Source: Candidatus Gottesmanbacteria bacterium
GTDB lineage: Bacteria; Patescibacteriota; Microgenomatia; UBA10105; UBA927
Assembly (NCBI GenBank): GCA_963711735.1
Contig: CAVQFA010000005.1
Coordinates: forward strand, 199,525 to 263,524
Length of the DNA stretch: 64,000 nt
Reading direction: 5' to 3'
Shown here one piece after another: positions 37,434-47,682 of the stretch. The notes under the pieces are model-generated. The model was not told where the DNA came from, did not search any database, and saw nothing but the letters and a program-made list of their open reading frames with translations. The stretch's first letter is position 1. Each line of letters starts with the position of its first letter. Made by a program: the position numbers and the translations under genes.

Positions 37434-37972
37434 ATAGTAATTTCTTCGAGCACTTCCTTCCCATCTGCATCTTTGACAGGATGGAACAGTTTGCTTTTCT
37501 GGGCAAGCACACGCTCGGTAAAAAGGATTCCGTTGGTGTGGTCCGTTTCATGTTGAATGATTGTTGCCAGAAATCCGGTAAAGAACTCTGTATGTTTATT
37601 TCCGTGTTCGTCCTGAAAGCTGAGTGTTAAAGAGGTGCTGCGGTGAACCTTTCCCCACACAGACGGAATTGATAGACAGCCTTCGAGTTTATTTTCCCGT
37701 TTGGGTACTCCGTCGGTTTTCTCCGCTGAACTTTTCGTGATCTCCGGATTTACAAATACCCGGATGAGTGTGTCATCTTTTGGACGGGTGATAAATACGC
37801 GCCACGGCTCTCCGATTTGGGGAGCGGCTAAACCGACACCTTTGGGATTTCTCGTGTTTTTCAGCGTCTCTTTCATTTCAAGGATCAGACGCTCAAGCTT
37901 TTTGTCAAAAACCGTTACGGTTTTTGCCTTTGTATGCAGGACTTCCTGTGGTGCAACAACGATCTTTCTCAT
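37430..37972 (-). CDS. def: Peptide deformylase.
   Basis: Three PDF motifs GVGLAAPQIG, EGCLSIP and HETDHTNG. Confidence 0.9.
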   Translation of the reverse strand: MRKIVVAPQEVLHTKAKTVTVFDKKLERLILEMKETLKNTRNPKGVGLAAPQIGEPWRVFITRPKDDTLIRVFVNPEITKSSAEKTDGVPKRENKLEGCLSIPSVWGKVHRSTSLTLSFQDEHGNKHTEFFTGFLATIIQHETDHTNGILFTERVLAQKSKLFHPVKDADGKEVLEEITI

Positions 37973-38007
37973 AAAGAATGTTCAGCGTTATGTAATTTTT
38001 GATCGTA

Positions 38008-40344
38008 TTATAAACTCTCAAGGATTTTTTTAAATTCCGTATCGGTCGGATCTACTTTTGTCAGATACTCCGTAAGTTCTGTCTTCGCTTTTACCGTATC
38101 TTTCCTTTCGTTATAAAACACGAATAGTGCGTAGTATGCATCTTTATAATTTGGTTTCATAGCCTTGGTTTCCTTCAAAGTCTCTATAGCTTTGTCTGTT
38201 TTCCCGCCCTGCCCATAGAGAACTGCCAGGTTATAGAGGATTTTCGGGTCATTCGGAGAAAGAACGCGTGCCTGCGTGAGCGCATCGATGGCAGCATCGT
38301 ATGCTTTTTGGTCATAGGCAGACAGCGCATAAAAGATTTTTGTTCTCGTCTTCCAGAAATTCACGTTAACCGGTGAAGTAAGAATTGCAGTATTCGACTC
38401 GGAAATTGAAGCGTTGATGAGTGTTGTGGCATTTGTCGTATCTTTTGACGCTATTGCCTGCACGGCAAGAGAAGCCAAAGATCCCGCGAGCTCGTCGTGA
38501 TAAAGTGGTTCACCGGGATTGAGACTAATTGCGTGTTCGAAAAGCGGACGCGCAGGACCGGGTAAATCCGAATGATTCAGTCTGTACCCACGGGCAAAGA
38601 GGGTATCTGCGTACCAGAATGCTGATAACCGGAAAATGAGAAATACCCCGAGAGCAAACATTGCATACGGCAAAACAGGACTGATTTTATCGGGAATATG
38701 TATGGTATATGTATTAAAAGTAGGTTTCATTCCGGATAATAGGGTTTTCTGATACACGGTCAGAATAAAGAGAAATATCGGAAACAGGAAGAAAAATAAC
38801 TGGATGATAACGACCGAAAATCCGAAAAAATTCGTAATGAGTATTGATGACCATCCGGCAAAAATGGCAGATATGAGAAACGTTAGTACTATGTGTTGTG
38901 ATGTAACGGAAAGATTGCCGTCTGTATGGATCGAATGCTGAGTATCCGTTTGATAATTCTTATATTTTTGCGGGGACTTTAAATTTCCGGGGTTTAGAAA
39001 CACGGAACGTATAAACCATCCTATGACAAACATTATAAAGACCAGATATGATCCAAGCCCGAATATTCCCGTAGTAGTCAGGTAGTTTAAATATTCATTG
39101 TGCGCTTTGTTGTAGAGATAATCCCATTCGCTCGTCAGATTATGAGCAACAGGTCGGAATCGGAAAAATGCCCATGCAAATGTTTCCGTACCGGTGCCGA
39201 TGAGGAACGTTTTAGTCGTTGATTTCCAGGCAGTTATTGCTGCCTGCCATACGTATTTGCGGATTGTGCCCGATTCCGTTCCGCCGTATTCCAGGAGTGT
39301 ACCCGACGGTTTATCTGCGCTGTCCGGTTGTGTTGTTATGATTGGCGCACGTGCTGTTATTCTTTTGACCAGTGAGTCCAGTGTAAAGTGTTTATCTATC
39401 GCGTCAATATAAGATCCATTGAGAAACACGGTTCCAGCAAAAAGGAAATGTATGACGAGAAATGAGATGGTGTATGCAGGTGCCGGAAATGAGTCTGTTG
39501 ACTTTCCTTTTTGAGATAATTGTTCCCGGATTTTTTGAATAAACAGAGTACCCCAGAATATTCCCTCAGCTACGGCAAATCCTAAGAGTCCCGAGCGTGA
39601 TCGGGTAGAGAGAAGGACGAAGAAGAACAGGAGCGATGTGAGAGACCACAGTATGAACTCCCAGTTCCAAACGATTCGGAATCGTTTATGAGTTTTCATA
39701 TCCGTATGAGAAATTTGGGATTTAAGTGTAAAAAACCAGGCAATCGGGCTTATCGCAACCAGGTATGCCGCAAGCCAATTCGGCTGTCCGAGGGTAGAGA
39801 ATACGCGGGATTGCACATCCTGGACCCAGAGGTGTTTATCTATTCCCATCCGTTCCAATAACCCATAAAATGCAACAACAGTACCAGTAAAGACTATTGT
39901 GCGGAAAAAAAGCATAACAGCATTTTGGTTTTTTTCTGAACTATCGGTTTTATTTTCGTCAGTTTGTTTCCCGGATGTGAAATGGGAAACGGATATAAAG
40001 AAAAGTATCGTATATGCAATGACCGACAACATGCTTCCGTTAAACCGGGAGTAATATCCAAACCAGGAAACGTGCGGATCCGTGGAAAATAAAGCACTTA
40101 CCAACTGCGAAAGGACAAATGCGGCAATTGGTATGTCAAACGGTGTACGCACAAAAACAAATTGTTTCTTTCGGGCGGATGGTATAACCCAGGTTGCAAG
40201 TATGAGGACAGTCAATCCGTACACGATCATCATTTTGTTGTACTCAAACAGTTCGTAGTTCCACGGAGTGAGAATAAGGGGAACGAGGATAAAGAGTAGT
40301 CCGAAGAACCACTGCCGCGTTTTGACCAAAATACTGTCAATCAT
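38008..40344 (-). CDS. Polytopic O-antigen-ligase-like (Wzy_C) membrane protein with C-terminal TPR repeats.
   Basis: ~12 predicted TM helices with a large periplasmic-loop pattern; C-terminal ...AYDAAIDALTQARVLSPNDPKILYNLAVLYGQGGKTDKAIETLKETKAMKPNYKDAYYAL... is TPR. Confidence 0.65.
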   Translation of the reverse strand: MIDSILVKTRQWFFGLLFILVPLILTPWNYELFEYNKMMIVYGLTVLILATWVIPSARKKQFVFVRTPFDIPIAAFVLSQLVSALFSTDPHVSWFGYYSRFNGSMLSVIAYTILFFISVSHFTSGKQTDENKTDSSEKNQNAVMLFFRTIVFTGTVVAFYGLLERMGIDKHLWVQDVQSRVFSTLGQPNWLAAYLVAISPIAWFFTLKSQISHTDMKTHKRFRIVWNWEFILWSLTSLLFFFVLLSTRSRSGLLGFAVAEGIFWGTLFIQKIREQLSQKGKSTDSFPAPAYTISFLVIHFLFAGTVFLNGSYIDAIDKHFTLDSLVKRITARAPIITTQPDSADKPSGTLLEYGGTESGTIRKYVWQAAITAWKSTTKTFLIGTGTETFAWAFFRFRPVAHNLTSEWDYLYNKAHNEYLNYLTTTGIFGLGSYLVFIMFVIGWFIRSVFLNPGNLKSPQKYKNYQTDTQHSIHTDGNLSVTSQHIVLTFLISAIFAGWSSILITNFFGFSVVIIQLFFFLFPIFLFILTVYQKTLLSGMKPTFNTYTIHIPDKISPVLPYAMFALGVFLIFRLSAFWYADTLFARGYRLNHSDLPGPARPLFEHAISLNPGEPLYHDELAGSLASLAVQAIASKDTTNATTLINASISESNTAILTSPVNVNFWKTRTKIFYALSAYDQKAYDAAIDALTQARVLSPNDPKILYNLAVLYGQGGKTDKAIETLKETKAMKPNYKDAYYALFVFYNERKDTVKAKTELTEYLTKVDPTDTEFKKILESL

Positions 40345-40471
40345 GATGATAAGTATATACTATTCCTCATGCGGTTTGCATCCGATGCCGTTTGGCGGAA
40401 AAAATGAACTGATCGGTTAACACACAGCGTGGTAAATTATTATAGGGTTATAAAATACATGTTAGATAAAA

Positions 40472-40500
40472 TTGACAGCAAATATGGCTTGTAGTATGCT
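40472..40500 (+). promoter_or_regulatory. Sigma70-like promoter: TTGACA-17nt-TATGCT upstream of the transglycosylase gene.
   Basis: TTGACA 40472-40477, 17-nt spacer, TATGCT 40495-40500. Confidence 0.4.
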
Positions 40501-40545
40501 CCTTTCGGTTATATTTATCGGATAGAATCCGTTGACCGAATCTTT

Positions 40546-41250
40546 ATGAATCGTCGTGAGGGTGATTATCGTTATGATGACGGCGGCATGAGTAGGGGAG
40601 AATCAGTGAAAGCATTAGCAGCTATCGGAGGAGGCGTGCTATTATTATCAATTCTTTTCAGTATGGATAGATTCCTGCGGGGATTACAGGGAGAAGATGG
40701 AAATGCAGATTTTCCGGCAGGTTCTGACACCCTCAATTCCGTAGAGACATATTACTCGTGTCCTGATAGTATATCATTTCCGGGAGGCAAGTTAGAGCTT
40801 TACGGAAGGACATTTTGGGAAGCGGAGTGGCCGGATGTTGCACGGTGGTCGGGTGATGTAAACGCCGTTCTTGAAGCGTATCCGTTTGGAAATATGACTA
40901 TGAGGCAATATCTTGAAAGCATCGGTCTCGATCCTCTTAATTTTATTCTTTCGATGGTCTGGGTGGAAAGCAGCGGTGTACTTAATGCAGACGATGGTAT
41001 ATCTTTCGGTCTTATGGGTACCGTAACGAAAGAGGCAAGCGATAAATATAGCTGGGCGGTAAATCGTCCAAGTAAAAATGATTTGTGGGATGACCCAAGA
41101 GAACAGATCCGGACGGGTGTTGATATTTTAGCGCAGTCAATCAATCAGAATGGTGGATTTTTTGAAGGATTATCGCATTATAATACAGGAGATAATTACG
41201 CAAACAGGGAAATATTATTACACGACACGCTCAATTCTTTTTGTAAGTAA
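40546..41250 (+). CDS. Membrane-anchored lytic transglycosylase (SLT domain).
   Basis: VWVESSGVLNADDGISFGLMG matches the E-S ... GLMQ catalytic region of the SLT domain; N-terminal TM. Confidence 0.7.
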   Translation: MNRREGDYRYDDGGMSRGESVKALAAIGGGVLLLSILFSMDRFLRGLQGEDGNADFPAGSDTLNSVETYYSCPDSISFPGGKLELYGRTFWEAEWPDVARWSGDVNAVLEAYPFGNMTMRQYLESIGLDPLNFILSMVWVESSGVLNADDGISFGLMGTVTKEASDKYSWAVNRPSKNDLWDDPREQIRTGVDILAQSINQNGGFFEGLSHYNTGDNYANREILLHDTLNSFCK

Positions 41251-41404
41251 AATTTTACCGATTTACATACGTTAAATTAGTTAGAATAATAGAGTATAAA
41301 AATATCCTGTAACTATTGACAAACTGATAATCTTCTATACAATTACTGATATCTTTGACGGTATTTCATCATAAAATGTATTAAACGTATTACTAAACAG
41401 TTTT

Positions 41405-42454
41405 ATGCATACTCCGGAAATCAGTGAGGCAAATAACGAATTCGGTCAGGAAATCAGATTAGGAAGACGGTCATTTCCTCTTGCACCATTGGATATGGGA
41501 CCGCTTGGTGACGCAGATCCGCGTGATATATATGCATCTTATTTACTTGATCAGTATCCGACAGAAGATCCAAATACTCATATAGCACTTTTCAGTTCAG
41601 GAGATCCGAAAATACAACCACCGGTCACATATGTACTTATTGATTACCGTATTCAGGAGATAGAACCACAATATGAACCGGTCGATACCGGATTTGAGTA
41701 TGCGCTCTCTGTTGCCGAGCAGATGTTTGCAGGTGCTGATCCCCGTGGTGCAATGGAGGAGGCCTTCAATTTTCTCTGCGCACAGACCGGAGGGGATCAA
41801 GCACTAGCGCGTGCATTAACGGAACATGCAGCCAGTCAGGCTTTAGACCTACAGAGATTAGCCGGTGAAGGAAAACTGAATGATCATTATGAGTATGACT
41901 ACTACATGCGGGAAGTGACGGATAGTAAATCAAAGCATAAGCATGAAACAGGTGGTGAAAATCCTTCGTCTGAAAGTACCAAATCCAAATCCCGTACACA
42001 GCGGATGGAATTTGAAAAACAAAGGGATGATTCTCCGTTTCCGGAAGGCATCCAACAGAATGCTATTGCTGAGTGGGAGTCTGCATATCCAAGTATATTA
42101 GTAACGCGCCCGGGACAAGCTTTTGCTGTTTCCGGTCACGAACCCCGAAGAAGAAGCCTGTGGAATAAGTTGTTCGGCCAGCATCCGCAAAGGGAATCTT
42201 ATGAGCAGGAACAATCATTAGAAGCATACGCACAGGTTGATGAGCATGGTGCTTGGGCGAAAGGAACCGGTCCGCGATCTATTGCGGTTGCCACCGGACC
42301 ATTATCCATGCATATTGGTTCAAGTTTACGAAAGGGCAATGTTGATTTTTCACTTGGACGTGAATCACAGAGCCGTTCAGTCCATATGGCCAGACAACCT
42401 CATAATACGTATATACTGTATCCTTCTCAACCGCAGCAGGAAAAGTCTGAATAA
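41405..42454 (+). CDS. Hypothetical acidic cytoplasmic protein (island gene 1).
   Basis: 349 aa, no TM/signal, low-complexity charged middle (KSKHKHETGGENPSSESTKSKSR); no family recognised. Confidence 0.5.
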   Translation: MHTPEISEANNEFGQEIRLGRRSFPLAPLDMGPLGDADPRDIYASYLLDQYPTEDPNTHIALFSSGDPKIQPPVTYVLIDYRIQEIEPQYEPVDTGFEYALSVAEQMFAGADPRGAMEEAFNFLCAQTGGDQALARALTEHAASQALDLQRLAGEGKLNDHYEYDYYMREVTDSKSKHKHETGGENPSSESTKSKSRTQRMEFEKQRDDSPFPEGIQQNAIAEWESAYPSILVTRPGQAFAVSGHEPRRRSLWNKLFGQHPQRESYEQEQSLEAYAQVDEHGAWAKGTGPRSIAVATGPLSMHIGSSLRKGNVDFSLGRESQSRSVHMARQPHNTYILYPSQPQQEKSE

Positions 42455-42469
42455 CATCATCGACATTAT

Positions 42470-43447
42470 ATGCCGCGATCAGAATCATCAGCATTAAAAT
42501 CTGAGATTGCTGTGCATATTCCTCAGTTATCCCGAGAGGATGCCTGTCGCTACGTCTTCTTTCAGGCTGTATCCGGTGTCATTGGTGATGCAATACCTAT
42601 GTACGACAGAGATCCGTATACAAAAGGTGAATTAGAGATGGTAAAGACTCGATATGAAGGATATGCATGGGATATGTATGATAGTCATATTGCATCAGCA
42701 GCAGCATACGGACAGGAAGCATACGCCGATATCATAGGCAACCCCGATGCTCCTGTGGGTCGGGCTGTAGCATGGAACAGAGAACGTTCCGGTGAAGTTT
42801 ATGCCCATGCAGGAAGGGGAAAAACGCTTCTAGATGCCAATATTGAACAATTTAACCGTGGAAAAAAGGTTGACAAGCATGTACGGGAAGCAATACGACC
42901 CTTTTTTAAAGGGGGTGTTGGGCGATGGTTGGCACGTCAGGGCATAGGTCACGGTGGAATATATGTGATAGATGAAGAAGCGCTCGAACGTGAGATATCA
43001 CCGGATACACGTAAAATGGTTCATGAATATCGTCAGATGATCGATGCCCAGCTTGAGGGTGCAGATCCCAGTAGCATTGGTGATCCGATTTCAATTGCCC
43101 AACAGGAGATTAGCTCGGTTCTCAGAAGAGGAGAAGTTGTACACCGACAAATAATGGAGGAACTTGAAAAACATCATTTTACATTTACCTGGAAAGAGGG
43201 TAGAGGACTTTTTAAAAAAACAGTAGATTGCTCGACAATTGTTGATAGAAACGATCCGGATACGTATTCTGAGCTTTTTCGAATAGTATGCAATTGTATA
43301 GCACACAACGGAGTCTGTTTACGACTAAATGATGCAATTGATGAGCTGAGACAGACAGAATGGGTCGATGATGATGGGTATTTAATTAGACTTCAGTATT
43401 TTGAGAATGATGGCACTCCCGTATGGGTTTACCCAAGTGATATATAA
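42470..43447 (+). CDS. Hypothetical protein (island gene 2) with weak Walker A-/B-like motifs.
   Basis: EVYAHAGRGKTLL fits [AG]x4GK[ST]; GGIYVIDEE fits hhhhDE ~50 aa later. This could be chance. Confidence 0.5.
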   Translation: MPRSESSALKSEIAVHIPQLSREDACRYVFFQAVSGVIGDAIPMYDRDPYTKGELEMVKTRYEGYAWDMYDSHIASAAAYGQEAYADIIGNPDAPVGRAVAWNRERSGEVYAHAGRGKTLLDANIEQFNRGKKVDKHVREAIRPFFKGGVGRWLARQGIGHGGIYVIDEEALEREISPDTRKMVHEYRQMIDAQLEGADPSSIGDPISIAQQEISSVLRRGEVVHRQIMEELEKHHFTFTWKEGRGLFKKTVDCSTIVDRNDPDTYSELFRIVCNCIAHNGVCLRLNDAIDELRQTEWVDDDGYLIRLQYFENDGTPVWVYPSDI

Positions 43448-43520
43448 TAATAAATTATAGGTTATTGATCAGCATAAAACGTTCATATTTTGTGTGAAAT
43501 AAAACTTCTTAAGCTTAGTG

Positions 43521-43548
43521 TTGACACGTATAAATTCCTGAGTATAAT
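43521..43548 (+). promoter_or_regulatory. Near-consensus sigma70-like promoter TTGACA-16nt-TATAAT upstream of island gene 3.
   Basis: TTGACA 43521-43526, TATAAT 43543-43548. Confidence 0.45.
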
Positions 43549-43596
43549 ACAACATATCAAAGTGTATAAAACAACTGCCGTTAAACTTAATTAACT

Positions 43597-44808
43597 ATGC
43601 CAGCAACAAATGAAAATCTCAAACAACCCGAACTTGGAAATGCTGTTTCCAGATTGGTGTATGAAACATATGGAATAAACCGTTTTTCCGTAAAAACACT
43701 CAACACATTAGAAATCCTTCATCAGGAGAATAACACTATATCTGATCGTGTTCTTGAAGATGGAATTAAGGAAGCGCAAAACCTTATAACTTCAATTCGT
43801 CATGAAGCAAGAGAAATCAATCCCGATGACGCAGTACGGCTTTTTTCATCTTTAGTTCATAAAATCGGTGAGAGTGATGATTTGTCTCCGTTTGATAAGG
43901 AAGCACTTGCAAATGCGAAAGCTGCAATTGATGAAGGATCCGTTCGTGGTGTCATGGCTGATATCCTCACGAAATTATCCGGCAATCCGTTAGGTATAAA
44001 GGCTAACATTGAACAATCCGGAAGTGTGGTTGCACGTAAAGATTCCCGCGGAGCAGGTGAAACGGGTCAATCTTTTCTTGATAAAATTTCTAAAACACTT
44101 TCTCCTCAAATGGAAGCAGTGACTCCTGAAGGGGTTCGTTTGAAAGTTGATGCTGATCCGAAACAGGATATTTTATCGCAATTCAATTTGCAGAAGGCAG
44201 TTCAGGATAACAAAAGTTGGGGATTAATTACTGCAACTGTAACAGCACTGAGTTTTTACGCAATCTCAGTGCCTAGTATCGTTAGAGGATTAAACAGTGC
44301 AACAGAGACTTCCTGGATAGGAGTGGCGGGTGGTATTGGACTCAATGCTGCAGAAACAGCTCTCATTCACGCATTTGCCCATCCTGAATTTATGGGTGGT
44401 CTGGGTGTGTCGGAAAAAATCAGTAAATATGGTATTGCCGGTTTATTAGGAGCAATATATGCACTTGATTTTGGTGCAACATTATATCAGTTCAGCAGAG
44501 GCACAGTGCCTCCTGATCAGGTCGGGATGGTATTGACGTGGAGTATGCGTGGTTTAAGCGCATTGTGTGCGGCCGTTTTGCCTGAAATATCTACAGAAAT
44601 TGCACTGGCGATGTGGAAATTGAGAAATAAAGGAAGCAGTGGTTTTGCTCCGTCATTAAGTACGCCCAGACCGGCGCCATCTTTATCCGGTATGCCACCT
44701 TCACAATCTGGATACAGGAGACCGGAACCTTCATATCATCCGGTATCAGGTACAAATCCCAATATTCCACCTCTCAAAAAACCACCGTCAATTTTTAATA
44801 AAAAATAG
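43597..44808 (+). CDS. Hypothetical protein (island gene 3): soluble N-domain, central cluster of hydrophobic helices, Pro-rich C-terminal tail.
   Basis: No signal peptide; TM-like block WGLITATVTALSFYAISVPSIV...LSALCAAVLPEIS; tail PSLSTPRPAPSLSGMPPSQSGYRRPEPSYHP...PPLKKPPSIFNKK. Confidence 0.5.
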   Translation: MPATNENLKQPELGNAVSRLVYETYGINRFSVKTLNTLEILHQENNTISDRVLEDGIKEAQNLITSIRHEAREINPDDAVRLFSSLVHKIGESDDLSPFDKEALANAKAAIDEGSVRGVMADILTKLSGNPLGIKANIEQSGSVVARKDSRGAGETGQSFLDKISKTLSPQMEAVTPEGVRLKVDADPKQDILSQFNLQKAVQDNKSWGLITATVTALSFYAISVPSIVRGLNSATETSWIGVAGGIGLNAAETALIHAFAHPEFMGGLGVSEKISKYGIAGLLGAIYALDFGATLYQFSRGTVPPDQVGMVLTWSMRGLSALCAAVLPEISTEIALAMWKLRNKGSSGFAPSLSTPRPAPSLSGMPPSQSGYRRPEPSYHPVSGTNPNIPPLKKPPSIFNKK

Positions 44809-44820
44809 ACAGTATTCTGT

Positions 44821-45906
44821 ATGGCAAAATCAGAATTAAGTGAAAAAATCCGTAAACAATGGAACGAACAGGGGGTCTGCTTACCGATACCACAACGGGT
44901 TGCTCTATTGGCAAAAAATTTACTTTTTTCTCCTCCGGATGATGTACGACCAGCGGATATTTCTCCGGAAAACCTGGGATTACTGGATGTGGACAGGGAT
45001 TCACTTGGCCAGAAAGTACAGAAATTTTCGCTCGGAGATGAACATATCGTCGATATTTACATGTTAGAGGCTGATGGTCAGATGTTCATTACTTACGCAG
45101 TAGACATTAGTAATGTTTCTTTACCAACTATTCGCAGAATAAGACGAGATCTTCTTTATACGTGTAAGGATGGTGTTCATCCGGATGCAGAAGATACGAG
45201 GTTTGAAATGGGCAGACTTGATGGACGTTATCACGTATTTGCATCGTACGTACAGGTTTCTGACGAAAATCTCTTAACAGAACTTTATATTAAGAGAAAT
45301 ATGGTTCTTTCAGGTTTGCTAAACGGTACATTGAGGAATAATCTTCAAAATAGACAAAATTCACATCAAAAACTTTCTGATATTAAAGAAGATATTTCTC
45401 CGGAAACAAAAAAAATTTCGGAAATAGAAAGAAAACTGTGGAAATTTTATCGAGAAACCAGGATTCATTTCATTGACATATCACCCATGATGCAAAACAT
45501 ATCGCAGGATCCGTTAGCCGATTTAAAAAAACAAGCAGAACTACTTTTCCAATTGGAAGGACGTTATAAAAATGAGCAAACGGTACTCAGTACCCGATTG
45601 AAAAATGAAGGTGAAATTTACTGGCACGAACTTGTATTACGTGTTCCCGATAATGAGGAACTTCGTTTAATATCAGGTGCGATGATGTATGTCTCTCTGG
45701 GCAACAACGCGACTGTAGAACAAAAAAGAATTGATTTAGCAAGATCTGCCTATAAGCTTTTGCGCTCGGTTGGTTTTATACCGGCAGACGTCCAAAATTC
45801 CGATGAAATGCTTCACGAGTTAACCGGGATTTTAGGAACTGAATCAGGAGAAACACCGACTCAGATGCCTCTTGTCGATGATGGATATGATTCGGAGTAT
45901 CAATAA
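44821..45906 (+). CDS. Hypothetical cytoplasmic protein (island gene 4).
   Basis: 361 aa, no recognisable motif. Confidence 0.5.
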   Translation: MAKSELSEKIRKQWNEQGVCLPIPQRVALLAKNLLFSPPDDVRPADISPENLGLLDVDRDSLGQKVQKFSLGDEHIVDIYMLEADGQMFITYAVDISNVSLPTIRRIRRDLLYTCKDGVHPDAEDTRFEMGRLDGRYHVFASYVQVSDENLLTELYIKRNMVLSGLLNGTLRNNLQNRQNSHQKLSDIKEDISPETKKISEIERKLWKFYRETRIHFIDISPMMQNISQDPLADLKKQAELLFQLEGRYKNEQTVLSTRLKNEGEIYWHELVLRVPDNEELRLISGAMMYVSLGNNATVEQKRIDLARSAYKLLRSVGFIPADVQNSDEMLHELTGILGTESGETPTQMPLVDDGYDSEYQ

Positions 45907-45970
45907 ATTTCCGCACGTTTTTCATCGCATATTTTTATATTCATTGGTTTTTTTATAACACCATACCTAT

Positions 45971-46309
45971 ATGACCGGAGAAAGGGAACAGCTAGCGGTT
46001 TTACGTGAGCGGATTATATATACTCCCTGCGATCATGAGCTTAGGGCTATTCATATGGAAGGCGGCGGGTATGTGTTTATTACAAAACCTCCGGTTGCGG
46101 ATGATACAGGGAATACTACGTATCCGTTTGTCGCGTATGTCACCTTCATGATGGGAGGAAATTCATTTTCATGCCCTGATTGCGGGACAAGCTGCCATCT
46201 TACATACCCTCACGCATCTTCCGTATATAATCCGGATACCATGCGTTCATTCTACAATGCGTTTGCGGTAGTATTCTCCCGTCTGGAAATCGTTTCTGAG
46301 CTTGAGTGA
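45971..46309 (+). CDS. Small hypothetical protein with a Cys cluster (SCPDCGTSCH) (island gene 5).
   Basis: 112 aa; possible zinc-ribbon-like C..C...C. Confidence 0.4.
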   Translation: MTGEREQLAVLRERIIYTPCDHELRAIHMEGGGYVFITKPPVADDTGNTTYPFVAYVTFMMGGNSFSCPDCGTSCHLTYPHASSVYNPDTMRSFYNAFAVVFSRLEIVSELE

Positions 46310-46398
46310 CTTTTAATTATTTTCCATCAGGTAAAAAAGATGAAAACGTTGCTTTAACGTGTTAAAATACGGCAAATCGTTTACAAAAAGATCATTAT

Positions 46399-47085
46399 AT
46401 GTCAGGATCTCCGGATACAAAACCGAATAAATTTCCGCCATCCCTCGAGATATCGCTTGCGATTCGTGAAGAACTCAAGCATGCGGTGGATAAACGATCT
46501 CCCTTTCACCAGATTATTTCTTCAGAAATTTTTGCACAGGTATTTTCACAACGGGTAGAGTTAATGAGAACGCTCCGGCATAAACGGGGAGCAATAATAA
46601 TAGATCCGGTTACTGATGATTCAGAGGGACTGGGTATCAGAGTTTCAATTGTTTGGACGAAAAAAAATGATAAATCTTTGGAAGTCCTCTATGATGACAA
46701 AGCAAGAATTCAGCTGTTACAGCGTTGGTATATGAATTTAGCCAAAGCAATGCAGCAGCCAAACGAAAAGATCGCGTGGTCGGTTGCAACCGGCGTACTT
46801 ATTGAATCTACGGAAGCGTTAGGGATAACACCTGAGGAAGAACCCCGTCCGGGCATGTTGGATATTACTTATAGAGATGACCCTGTTATTCAAAGTCAGC
46901 TTGACAACATGCGTCGGATTGCTGAAATCGGAGAAATAAACAACCGGGATACGCTGGAAGAATATCTGCGTTCTGTGTGGGAAATTATCGGAGTTGTTGA
47001 TGATCAGACAAAGAGACAGATGACGGATCGTTCACCGGATGTAATCATGGGTGGCGTCTCAAATGATTCTATTCACACATGGTGA
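46399..47085 (+). CDS. Hypothetical cytoplasmic protein (island gene 6).
   Basis: 228 aa, no recognisable motif. Confidence 0.5.
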   Translation: MSGSPDTKPNKFPPSLEISLAIREELKHAVDKRSPFHQIISSEIFAQVFSQRVELMRTLRHKRGAIIIDPVTDDSEGLGIRVSIVWTKKNDKSLEVLYDDKARIQLLQRWYMNLAKAMQQPNEKIAWSVATGVLIESTEALGITPEEEPRPGMLDITYRDDPVIQSQLDNMRRIAEIGEINNRDTLEEYLRSVWEIIGVVDDQTKRQMTDRSPDVIMGGVSNDSIHTW

Positions 47086-47157
47086 CCCTTCACTGTGGTT
47101 TTTCATAGATCAAAGAATGTACGGAAGATTTATTGTAGATATAAATTGTCGGATATT

Positions 47158-47616
47158 TCAGAACGGAAAACCATCGTCAGGTATTTTATCCGGTCCGTTC
47201 AATGCTTCACGGATTTCTCCCAGAAGGTTTTCCTGATCCTGAGCTCCCGGAATATTATATCCGGAGTGTTTGGCTGCTTCAATTAACAAGATGCGCCGTG
47301 TTTTCAATGCATCTCTGATTGCCTTTCCGCCGTCAGGAATCACGGCAGCGAGATCTCCGCGTGGTCCGAATTTTTTATCACTCTTTTCTAATTCCTGTAA
47401 TTGTTTCAGGTTCAAATTTTTCAGTGCAGCCGGGTCATCAATGGGTAGACCGGCGTATTGAAGGATATTTCGGATAGCTCCTTGTGTTAGGGGTTCAAAA
47501 CCGACCGGAGGTTCGGATATAAATTCCGGAGGTTGAACATTACTTGGCTGTGTGTGTGCTCTATATTCAAACCCTCCGCTTCTGATCGTGAATCCTTTTG
47601 GTTCAGTATCTGTCAT
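47158..47616 (-). CDS. Hypothetical protein.
   Basis: 152 aa ORF convergent with the island; no motif. Confidence 0.4.
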   Translation of the reverse strand: MTDTEPKGFTIRSGGFEYRAHTQPSNVQPPEFISEPPVGFEPLTQGAIRNILQYAGLPIDDPAALKNLNLKQLQELEKSDKKFGPRGDLAAVIPDGGKAIRDALKTRRILLIEAAKHSGYNIPGAQDQENLLGEIREALNGPDKIPDDGFPF

Positions 47617-47682
47617 AGTACGCGTATTATATCAATTATATGCAATTTTAATCAGTTATAACGTTTATGATAGAATGATGCC

